Shown: positions 24,601 through 36,600 of the stretch, in pieces
Position numbering within the stretch: position 1 is the stretch's first letter
Layout: each line of letters starts with the position of its first letter
Source: Acanthaster planci
Taxonomy: Eukaryota
NCBI RefSeq assembly: GCF_001949145.1
Contig: NW_019091357.1
Location: forward strand, 810,671-874,614
Length of the DNA: 63,944 bases
Direction of reading: 5' to 3'
The notes under the pieces: generated by a model
What the model saw: the letters and a program-made list of their open reading frames with translations, nothing else
Database searches by the model: none
Told to the model about the DNA's origin: nothing
Program-made: the position numbers and the translations under genes

Positions 24601-27600
24601 ATTTGATACCAGAAACAGGTGTACAACTGTAAATATACCCAGTACAGTGCGTTATAATTCATTTAGAGTTATTTTAACTTCTTCCACCTTGAAGGAAGAA
24701 TCCCCCCTCCCAGCTTTGTCCATTGAATTTCCACCACACTTGATTAAACTCCGGTTGGATTCTGCATTCCTTACGGTCCAAACGTGAGACACAAGATGCG
24801 ATATTTTGATTCAGAAGGTTTGACCATCAGTATGTGGGAAACAGAGGTCCTTGAAAAAGAACAATCGCTTGAAAAACCAGACTTTGTTGAAATTCTACCT
24901 CACAGTGTGTGATTCATGTGCCATGTTCCCCAGTTGGCCACCAGCCTTGGCAAATTGGTTGATTTCCGTGACCAGAGCAGTTCCGTAATTCACCCAGTCT
25001 TAAAAAGAGGTCATCTTTGTACATGCAAGTCTCCAGTAAAAAAAAAAAAGAAGACGAAGAAACTCAGCCCTGGGACCCTGGTTTTGTTTCCTTTTGCAAC
25101 TTTCCATGCTTGGAATTTCATTTCTTATATCTTGCAGTGTAATCTTTCCTGAAGTGGCCCTCCAGGATGTGGTCCAGATTTTCGACCCAGTGAAACTTGG
25201 CATAAGTTTACAACTTGCTTGCTCATTTTTCTTTCTGAGTGTTTAAATCATTTCCTACATGTTGACCTTGGCTCTCGTGCATGTTAACAGATGTGAACTT
25301 AGCTTTTCAATGTGTACATTGTACACACCGGTATAATGATAAGTTTAGAATAGCAGGTGTGGTCGTGTAAATCTGGTCACTTTGATGACTTCTGGGTAAA
25401 CCTTTTTAGAGCTGCTCTCTTCAGCAGATTTAAGGAAAACTTGTTTGTGATGTGATTGTAATGCAGTAGTATATTACTTCCGTCCAACGCAGCGTCATGC
25501 AATGACATCATGTTTGGCAGTTGACCTTTTGTTTCCATGGCTGAAATCATCAATAGAGGGCGCTATAACAACATACAGGTCCTGTTTTAAAATGAAAATA
25601 AAATGGACTAGGATTTCCTGAAAGTGAGGTTGAGCAATCTCTCTGGTAACTTGCTTTCCCCGACATGGATAACCACACCATGTACATGTATGATTGTGAA
25701 ATATACATGTATTATTTTGCAACGTAGTTCCTTGTTTGTAAGTTCTTGAGTTTTTCAGTAACATGACGGGAAAATGATAATTGGAATAAAACAGAGGCCA
25801 TACATGTAGGAAAACTGGAACCTCAAAATGACTTTCTAGCATTGTCCTTGCACGTGGACCAACTTGTGGCAGTTAAATGTCAAAGGTTTTGTAACATTTG
25901 GGCTGAAATGTCTGGGTGGTCATTTACAGTGAAGATCATTATTACATGTACATAACATTGTACATTTGCCAGCTGAGGCATACAAGCACATTGCTATAAA
26001 ATGTAATGCAATCAGTGTTCTGGCCACAGTGGGCGGGTGCGGCATCCGGCGGCACCACCCGGTACTGTAAATTTCCGCCTTGTTCTTAGGTTCAAATTGG
26101 CTGTACTGCCCAGCGCGGATTTTCCCAAATCTTAACTGAAATATTGCTGAAAATGTACCGATTTGATCATATTTCAAGCTTACAAAGTCGCAATTGTGCA
26201 CTATTTTGCAATTTTAACCAATTAAGTAAAGACTATTTCAAAGATGGATTTGTGCCGGGGAGACGAAATAAATTATGGATTTTTTCCCTGTGCTGGTAAG
26301 CAAGAGGTCATGGGTTCGAGTATACACTGAGTATACAGTGTTACCGGTAAATATATACATGTCGGGCGGGGGAAAAAATCCAAAATGCCTTCATGATGAC
26401 ATTGGGGAAATCCCTTCTAGGATTCCCCTAAAAACCCAGCTATGGGCTACGAGAGCTTCACTCACTGCGCTCGCTATGCTTGGTAATCCAAAAATTTCCC
26501 CGGCACTAAAATGGTCCTACGGTAGCAAGAACACCAAATACAATGTTACACATCTAAGGACAACTGAATCCAATTTTCAGCTACTGTTTAATTAGTCTGC
26601 AGTAGTCTGCAGTTTCCACTATTACATGTATATTTACTTCTGGGGACAAGACCTCACAGTTTACACGTACAGTACATTGTACATATACATGTAGCATTCC
26701 ATCTTCACATGAATTGTTTAGCAACATGAATTTCTTTGTTGACACATTTGGATCCCTTACATGTACATTTTGCAGATGTAGACATGCATGACATGTCCCC
26801 AACATATCAGGTTCACATTATCAAAATATTTGTACGTTGTTTTGGCAGGAATGGCAAATCCAAAACCTTGAGCCAGATTAATGCATGTAGTGTAGAAACA
26901 CACACCTACTGGTGCACATGGGACCAAAGCTCATGTACTTGTTCATATTTCAGTTTCTCTGGTTGTGGAATCTGTTTAGCGTGAAAGTGGAAGGAAACAT
27001 GAAAGCATATGTTATTATCGTTAACAACCTGTGGGTCATTTGACTGACTCCCTGTTTTATTTTTGATTCATACTTCCTCCTTTGTTTTAAGGATTTAGTT
27101 TGAGCGCCGCTATCAAGTACTGCGCCGTCAAGGCTGACATTTTTTTTTGGTTTCTTTGAACCTGTTGTGATTTGTTCTTGTTGTACCGGTCTTTCCCTCA
27201 CTGGTGAGTGTTGAAATTTGCTGACATTTCATGCAGTTTGGGACTTGCTCATCAAGATCATGGCTGTGTGGTTTTGTATTAGCACAAGGGAAGTTCACAC
27301 CAAATCCGCGGTATAAATTACCAGAAAGTTCAAGTTGTGTTTCCTTTGACGAAGCCCAACCAGGAAGACGTTTGAAGATGTACAGCGACAGTTGGTTTCG
27401 GCTGAAGTGCATAGTACATACATGCACGCCAAGTGGATATTTTGTTATGTTTTAGTTGACAAGTGTTGTTCTCGGACTACTGAAAACGCCTGAAGACACA
27501 TGAAGCCTGTTACCTTGTAACCTTACTGCCAATTTGTTGAACCTGTTGGTACCTGTGCCTGTGTGGATACTGAATTATCCTTTTATTGTACTTGTATATG

Positions 27601-30600
27601 TACTGCTGCTAATGTGGAGATGTTCTGAAGTTAGCAGAGCACATCAAAAAGCAGGAATCATGCCTTGGGATTGGAAGTTCAAGTTAGCTATTTTGGCACA
27701 GTATCACGCTAGCATGCAGTGGAAGTGGCATGATCCCACCTGTTGGTAGGCACCGGTGGCAGTTTTGATGGATCAGAGATCTACCCAAGTGGGCCTGGAA
27801 CGTGATGCCATTGAAGCCGTGATTCAAGTTGAGGAGTGCAGCTTTGAATGTGAACTCTCACTGACTTGTGTTAGATTTGAACCACCTGTGGTGCTGTGTC
27901 AGTTACATGTACATGTAGAAAATTTCCAAAGAAAAGACTCAGTAGGGATTCGAACCCACAATAAGCTGTTATTAGATGTGTTTTTTTATAAAAGTTTCCA
28001 TGTACTCCCAGTGCTAGTTATTGGAACTCAACTTGTTCGGGCCAGAAACATTTTTCTGTGGTGACCTTATAAATTTGTCTCCTGAACTCAACCAGGATGC
28101 CATCGAAAAAAGGCAAAAAGAAAGGGAGTTTATCCTCTAATCGTAGCCAAAACTCTGTGAACAGCCGGCCGGTGTCCACTGTGTCTGCCGTCAGTTACAA
28201 TCGGGAATCCGTGCAGTTGGGCGGGCAGCAGTACGGACGCTCCTTTTTCGATCTGATCTTGAAATACTTGCTCATTGGGGATTCGGAGGTGGGGAAGTCG
28301 TCACTTGTGCTACGCTTCTCCGACAACAATTTTAGAGAAAACTTTGTTTCGACTATAGGTGAGTTTATAACGTACCGGCAGCAACTTGGAAACATACCTC
28401 CATCAGTGCCTGTTGTTGACATGTCCATACTGGTTCATGTGTACATGAATGTACACTGCACTACATGTTCATGTGCATGGGTAATTCCAGACATTAGGGG
28501 TTCATTTTTTTGGTGTCCCTGTCACATCTGACTTGTGATTTTGTAAGTTCAGAACACATTTTCTAATTTCCAAGAATGATGAATGAATGCATATTACCTG
28601 CCAAACAAATACATTTAGTAACAGTTTGGAATCAATTCTAGTGATACTTCAATGTCAAATAACAAAGGGCAGATATAACAGGGACACAGAAATGTCACAC
28701 ATTTAGACCCTTAATTTCTGAAATTACCCATTATTTTATTTATACTGGTATTGTTTCTGAAAAGAATTCTTAGTACGCTGTGCAGGTTTTGTGTTTCAAA
28801 GTTATTTAGAGCAATAAATGCTGATGCTATTGAATTGAACACGCACAGTACTCACTGGTACTTGTGAGCATTGTACATGTTGTACATACATGTACCTGTC
28901 TGGCATTATATCGGTACCTGCTCTGTGCATGTGTACATTAATTAATTAATATGCATTGTGCAGGTGCATGCGAATACATATATGTCTGTATTTCGTTGAG
29001 TTTTGTGGATTTTCGCTCAACAACATTATGTATACATAATTGTACATGTACAGTTACGTATTCACATCCATCCAGCGTGCAAGTTTTCCTCGGATCAGCT
29101 GATCTCAGTTTTCACTTCACACCTGTGCTGTTGAAAATTGAAAAAACACTGTGCAAAGCCTCGTAAAGATTGGAATTTCCTTGTTTTTTGTCAAAATCCA
29201 AGTTCATGCTTGATACATAAATACAACTGTAAGAATTGTAACGCTGTTGATTATTCCACATTCTGTANNNNNNNNNNNNNNNNNNNNNNNNNNNNNNNNN
29301 NNNNNNNNNNNNNNNNNNNNNNNNNNNNNNNNNNNNNNNNNNNNNNNNNNNNNNNNNNNNNNNNNNNNNNNNNNNNNNNNNNNNNNNNNNNNNNNNNNNN
29401 NNNNNNNNNNNNNNNNNNNNNNNNNNNNNNNNNNNNNNNNNNNNNNNNNNNNNNNNNNNNNNNNNNNNNNNNNNNNNNNNNNNNNNNNNNNNNNNNNNNN
29501 NNNNNNNNNNNNNNNNNNNNNNNNNNNNNNNNNNNNNNNNNNNNNNNNNNNNNNNNNNNNNNNNNNNNNNNNNNNNNNNNNNNNNNNNNNNNNNNNNNNN
29601 NNNNNNNNNNNNNNNNNNNNNNNNNNNNNNNNNNNNNNNNNNNNNNNNNNNNNNNNNNNNNNNNNNNNNNNNNNNNNNNNNNNNNNNNNNNNNNNNNNNN
29701 NNNNNNNNNNNNNNNNNNNNNNNNNNNNNNNNNNNNNNNNNNNNNNNNNNNNNNNNNNNNNNNNNNNNNNNNNNNNNNNNNNNNNNNNNNNNNNNNNAGA
29801 CACAAGATGATTGAAAATAAATTGATCAACCGGAGCGGTCCAGGTGACGCATCCCACGGTCAAGGACACTATTCAGTGGCGTCCATTCACCCAGACCTAC
29901 CCGTACAGTACATATCAAAAGCACATGATTATGCACCCAGATGAAATACGGTGTATACGATCACTGGATCAGTGTTGGCATGGGACTTACACACTGTATG
30001 CCGTAGGGTCATATGCAAACAAACAAACAAACAAACAAACTTTTCCACAGAAATTTCATCATCAGTTGCGACCCACCTGCTGCACCAGTATATTTGAACT
30101 AAACCTGTGACGACAGGAATATCCAGAGAGCCCTTCCTGACCCTGAAAGCATTATTATAAAAGTAGGACAATCGCCCACACTTAAAGTTTCTCCAGGGAC
30201 GACAAGTCCGTCCAGCTCCGATGTACGGCAGTTTATCAATCACAATTTACAGCCACACAGCCGTATGTCTCGCATACAAAATGTACCAACCTCTCGCGTC
30301 AGTTTAGTCACATGGGCTGTTCCAGGATTCTGGTTATACCCCCTTTGTATAATTTCAAGTTCGCCTTTGCTGAGTACTTTCCCGATATAATTAATATTCA
30401 GTAAATCATGAAATAATAAATCAAACAAATAACATCCCAGGTTTCGAATGCATTGATTTGTACGGGTCTCTGGCACCACAAGTAGAGTAGTATGACCAAA
30501 AAGGGAGTCGCCAACGGGCTCTCAGACGAATGGCACTGTAAAAACTTTTCCTAAGAAACACGTACATGCGGTCACGTTCCAAACTAAAATTGCCTCCAGT

Positions 30601-33600
30601 TGCCCAAAAGTCCATCTCCCCACATCATGTTAACACGAATTTAAAGAACTCAGATTTCATTCAAAGTTAACATGCAGAAGGCTTACATGACTACCGGTAG
30701 TTGACAATCTTGCCTGGACGCTTGCATCTCACACCTTTTTCTCCTACATCACTGAATGCTTTATGGGTGGACTTTTTGAGCCATGCCATGTGCTCAAGTA
30801 CATGTACATGCTAACAAATTTCAACTTGCCTCAAGTCTCTGGGGGTCAGAAATGCTAGTGGCCACTCAGTTATGAGGGTCAGTTCTCTGCTGGTCATTGG
30901 AGAGATGCCTGCAGGGGGGGCAGGGACTCAGTTTTGACTATCACCTCTTTAAAAGCCAATCAGTGTCAATTATTAGGACCTTGTAAATCAAAGGCTTCTA
31001 CTTAATATGTTAGAGGCCTGTTTTCTTTTGATGACAAGCATGCAGTTTTATTGCTTGCATAGTGACTCTACCCAATTACTGGTACATGAAAACAAGTTGT
31101 CCCCTTTTATCAGAAGCTGTTTGATTTATCTGCTGGCTGTACATTTGACTAAGGCAGGTCAATCTGTTTGCTCCATTGTGTAACCTATTTTAATAACAAT
31201 GCCAGTGGGCAGTTGGATTTCACTGGCACCCTTATTTTAATTGTTTGAAATACATTGCTATACAATTGATAAGTGATCATTGTGTTTGCTTGACACCCTT
31301 CAGTCAGCAATAAATCCTTGATGTAGCAACAGTGATGCTTGATGAATCAGCAAATAATTGTGTGATTTATCGATTATCAAAGTGATAGAGATTTGATAGG
31401 AGGAAATGTTTGTGCATGCCATGTGAACAATGTATGGTACAAGGCGCAGTAATGGGAACTGGTTGGTAAAATCTTTGAACTTTTTAGAGCAAGAAACTTG
31501 AAATTCTGCCTTAGATATACAGTATTAATTAATCGAAAACACACTTTTTGTGGAGTTTTCTCTGACTTTTTAAACAGTTTTCTACTCTTGGTTTCAAACT
31601 CAAACTTGCCTGTCTCTCACGAGGGTCGAAGAATGAATTATGAAACATTCCCGTCAGCAAAGAAAGCCATCCAAGAGAAAAAAAATTTCTACATGAGAAT
31701 GCCATATTTCAGAAGTACCATAACCATAAAATAATTCTTGAGAGGCCACCCATGCAGTCCCTCTGCACAGCCCATGGTGGGTACTGTTCATCCTTCTTAC
31801 ACAAGCTGGACTCATTTGAATAATCTTTTGACAGGATCACTCAGTCCAGTGGAGAAACTCAATGGGCCTGTGAAGCAATTGGAATGGAAACTTCTACTGG
31901 AGTCAGTGTGAGGGGCAGTAGGACACTTCATTTGTGGCCCTGGGAGTGAAAGGCATTTTGGCCGACCATGGGCAGACTGTGCACCTCTAGTCATTGTCCC
32001 GGTTGTGATGTCACGGTTGTAGCAAGGCTGTCTGTTTCCTACCTGCATGGTCTGATGAATTGAATTACATGTATCAATGGTCGCCAGTTGTATGTATATC
32101 AGTACCCATTGCTCTCTGTATTAGGTGCCATATTCTGTCTAACTTTGGGATGTGTACATTTGTACCTGAGCCCTTCTGGTGAAAGCTGTTTGCCGTAAGT
32201 CTGCATACATGACAGAGAAAGGACTATGTGACCCTAAGTTGGATATCCAAGGGGTATTCAATTGAGTGTATAGTACTTCACGTTGGCCTAATTGTTCAAC
32301 ATGGTAATTGTCCTTGTTTTCTCTTGACTGTTTGCTGAATTGAAAAAGTTGTCTGAAAGAGTATAGAGACCACAGACTGAACTTGCTACTACCAGCTTGG
32401 CCGACTTGTCATGTTGTGTTGGACTGGTCAATTTAGGTGGACGAAGGATCAATTTCTGGGCTGATTTGTTGATCGACAAGGAAGGAGAAATTTGGAAGAC
32501 TCATCAGCGTGGACTTTTTTTTGCCATATCACTTCCTTACCACTTCATGTACCGGTAAGGTAGAACTGTTTACATTGCAAGTGGAGAAGGGAGTTTCATT
32601 TAGATGGCAATTCCAAAATAATTTGTATGTCTGGACTGAAAACGTAACCCAACACAATTCAGAAGTGGATTGGAATTTTCGGAGAGTGGGTGCTGTGGAC
32701 GTGCCATGGGCAGGCATGGAGAGAAATGGAGGACTCAATCGCCACTTGTATGATATGCTCCTGAAGCTGATCGTGGTGGGCGACAGCTTTGTGGGCAAGA
32801 GTGCCATCGTTGGCCGATTTGTGAACATGATTGACCCCACCCAGCGACAGTTTCACTCAACGATTGGTAAGCCTTGCTAGTACAGTGCCAGAGCTGTGCA
32901 CGTATACATGTAGCTCAACAGAGAGCAACAGTTGTCCTTGTAGATTGTCATTGTGGCCACAGAATTTAAAGTTTGAAACAGTGTACAGATGCAGCTTTAC
33001 ATGAGCCAGTCTGTTATCGATAGGTTTACTTACATGTCCATAATCCACAGTCCACTTCTCAATATTACAGGGTTACCACTTCTCATTCACAGATGTGACC
33101 TGTCACCACAAAATGACCTGAAAGTCAGTATTTTCAGAAAGCAAGATATTAGTATTTTTGAATTCAGCAGAAAGAGATCTTTTAAATGGTACATGTACAT
33201 GGAACACTTTAAGTAAAGTATATAAAGTGACAATGTGACATTATTTTGGCAGCTTTACGTCTTTGTTCCTGACATTTTTTTTTCAACATTTCTGACTGGG
33301 CACGAATAATGCTGTCATCAAAAATGCTGAAAAAATGATATTTTGATATTATGATCCTGCGAAATACATGCATTTGGAATTAAATGGGAGACGGGTACTC
33401 ATTCCAAATAATTCAAAACCCAAATATTGACCACTTCAAGATGACTTTGAACCCTCAAAATAAAAACGAGTGGGATTCATCCTTACTCTCATTTTGTTGT
33501 GACAGGTCACAAATACCGGTAAAATTTGTGCTGGATAGTCACAAGTATACCTGAATTTAGAACTCCAACATTTCCAATTTTGTTAGGGATTAGACTAACA

Positions 33601-36600
33601 ATGGAGTAACAGTATTATTATCCCTAACCCTCCTCAATCCTTCACTTGTTGGAGGACTGAGGAGGGTTAGGGTTAGTGTATTCCAACAGACTTTGATGGA
33701 TGTACATGTACTGTACATGTACATCAAAGTGGTGTCGGAATTTGTTAGTACCTTGCACCATGCAGCATGTGGTTTTGCACCGTGTTCAACCACAGCGGTT
33801 TCTCCTGACTGAACTTGGACATTACAAATCTAGATCATCACACCCTGTGTACTGTGTTAGGGTCCTGTTAAGCTGTCCCTTTATGTCACCAAGCCTTGGC
33901 ATACCTGTAGGTGTCTAGGTCAAATGTGAAGGATTGGAGGAAGTGACATTTCAAAGCAATTGAAGAAAATTTGACCCACACTGACAACTTCGCCATATGA
34001 ATGCACGTGATACATGCACACTTCAGTAGTTACATTGTCATTTGTCACATGACTCATGAACAGATCAGAAATCTCATCCCTTGTGAGCACTATCGTATGT
34101 GACTTAAAGTCTGAATGCTTTGCTAAAGTTTAGTACTCGTTCAAACGTGTACGGATTGTGGTTTGATTTACAACATGGTGACTGTTTACTTTGTAAATAA
34201 CTGTATGGGCTGGGCCCTTTGCCTTCATTTGTACATGTATGTGTCATCATTCTGGGTAGGAGTGGTTGCTAGGACTTGAAGTGGGAAGACTTTGTGATGT
34301 CGCAGCCAGTTTTTCTGCTGTCATTAAATTTCTGAGAAAGTCTTTTGAAGGCAAGCCTTCCTGGTGGCCAAATATTTGTGATGAAAATACATGGAGTTTT
34401 TATGGAGTGATGTGAATTTTCGTTGAACTTTATGTTGACTTACACGTACATGTAATGAAATCTTGTTATTGGATTGTATTTTTAAACCTTGAGTGATTTT
34501 AGCAATCGAGTTTCTACACAATGTACATGTACCTTATGCCGACTGCTCTCTAAAAGCCAGTGGGAAAGAAGAAAATGATAGGACTCGAACCCCTTACCAT
34601 CCAACTTATTGTGCGCTGGTCTCATCCACAGAGCTCATGGGACTTGACCCGCCTGCTCAAATCCAGTGTACATGTTGCAGCCGATATGAGAATCAATTCT
34701 ATTCATAAATCAATTCCTTTGATTGTTCTCTCTTTGGTCTCATTTCCTAGGTATTGATTTCAAAATCAAGACAGTTGAACTACAAGGTAAGAAGATCAAA
34801 CTTCAGATATGGGACACGGCGGGCCAGGAGCGATTCCATACGATCACCACCTCCTACTACCGGGGAGCCATGGGTATTATGCTGGTGTATGACATCACGC
34901 AAGAGAAGACCTTTGACAATATCGCCAAGTGGCTACGCAACATTCAAGAGGTACCGTATGTCTTGTAAAAATGAATGAAGGTCCCTTTGGAACTGCAACT
35001 GGCAAAATTTTATTTCTTTCTACTTGCTATTTGGCTAACTCTACTCAGAACGTGAAATGGCCGTGCAAAATCTCGCCCCTACATAAAAATTAAAACTTAA
35101 AATGGAAAGATGAAAGCCCTTACTTACTCATTCATGCATGTACATGTGTCATCCATCTTGCAATCAGTCTCGCCTGGTTTTGAGTCTTGCATATTAAATT
35201 AATGCACATGATAAAGGAACCTTGTTAATCAAATTGGTTTGATTTGTGTTTTAACGAGGGGTTCCTTTTTCAAAACTGAAACAAGACAAGGAAGTGATGG
35301 GAAAGTTCAGCATACATGTACAGTGCATGAATGCTCAGCGGTTTGGCCATGGACTGCGGCTGACAGCATGCTGTGCCTGAATTGTGGCATTCCGCATTCG
35401 AACACAATTTTCTCATCAAAATAAATCCAACCAATATTGATCTCATGCTGTGAATGGTGTGAGTAGACTGCAGATAGTAATGATATAACCAACCTGCTGT
35501 ACCCTGGCATTTCAGCTTGAGCCAGTCACCCTTCTGCTACATTTATGACACTGTGTGTTTTGATGGGTTCTTTACTTATTCATCATGAGAGGGGTATGAC
35601 ATAGGCCTTAAGGGTTTATTTTCCACTTTAGTACACATGCCTCTACTGGTAAATCTCTGCCAGGTTGATACGATTGAGAGAGACTAGTATTTCTGAAATT
35701 GCCAGAAATTCAGTTTTGTTTTGTGAATACACATTCCAGTAAATGATTTTTCCAGTTCATTGAAAGTTGTTCTTTCACATAAAATCTCCTAGAAATGTTG
35801 AAGTAAGCTCATATAAAGCCTATGCGTGGCTGCCCCAATGATGTCCCATCTAGGCTGCCCCAATGATGTCCCATCTAGGCTGCCCCAATGATGTCCCATC
35901 TAGGCTGCCCCAATGATGTCCCATCTAGGCTGCCCCAATGATGTCCCATCTAGGCTGCCCCAATGATGTCCCATCTAGGCTGCCCCAATGATGTCCCACC
36001 TAGGCTGCCCCAATGATGTCCCACCTAGGCTGCCTCAATGATGTCCCATCTAGGCTGCCCCAATGATGTCCCATCTAGGCTGCCCCAATGATGTCCCATC
36101 TAGGCTGCCCCAATGATGTCCCACCTAGGCTGCCCCAATGATGTCCCATCTAGGCTGCCCCAATGATGTCCCATCTAGGCTGCCCCAATGATGTCCCATC
36201 TACTAGTTCAAATTTTGAGACAGTACTGTAAATTTGATCTTGGCTTTATTAATAATTTGCCGTCCCCTGATTGGTTGGCGCCCTCATCTGGTTACTTCAC
36301 CCAGCCAAAGACATGCCTTTGCTTTCCGTTTTCTGCAGCATGCAAATGAAGATGTAGAAAAGATGCTATTGGGAAACAAGTGTGACATGGAGGACAAGCG
36401 AATGATCAGCAAAGAGAGGGGCGAGAACGTGAGTAGCCAATGAATAGTTGAGAACCTTGGAGGTCACTGAGGGTCAGCGGACAAAGGTCATCAGAGAAGA
36501 GTTTCATTTAATCCTACTACTGCTGACCTTGAAAGGCGCCATTCTTTCACACCCCCAACAAAGAGAGCCAAAGAGTGATCGCGTGCAAGCATTGACAAGC

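Noticed and set aside
26013..26537. Possible hAT-like MITE (CAGTGTTCTGGCCA ... TAGCAAGAACACCA)
   Set aside because: The TIR match is short and imperfect, and no target-site duplication could be identified.
27945..27962. Isolated B-box-like GGGATTCGAACCCAC (similar at ~34581)
   Set aside because: No cloverleaf or A box can be traced; at most these are SINE debris.
29138..29944. Long ORFs across N runs (also 6873-7276 and 13207-13701)
   Set aside because: These are artefacts of translating assembly gaps.
18378..32880. Reading the four extra P-loop ORFs as four separate Rab genes or as single-exon ORFs
   Set aside because: Rab similarity stops exactly at the GT donor in each, and no WDTAGQE/NKxD/SAK exon is visible between them. 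The ORF tails past the donor are intron read-through.
35828..36202. CRISPR-like appearance of the regular repeats (also 20305-20601)
   Set aside because: The units are contiguous with no unique spacers, there are no cas genes, and the context is a eukaryotic intron.
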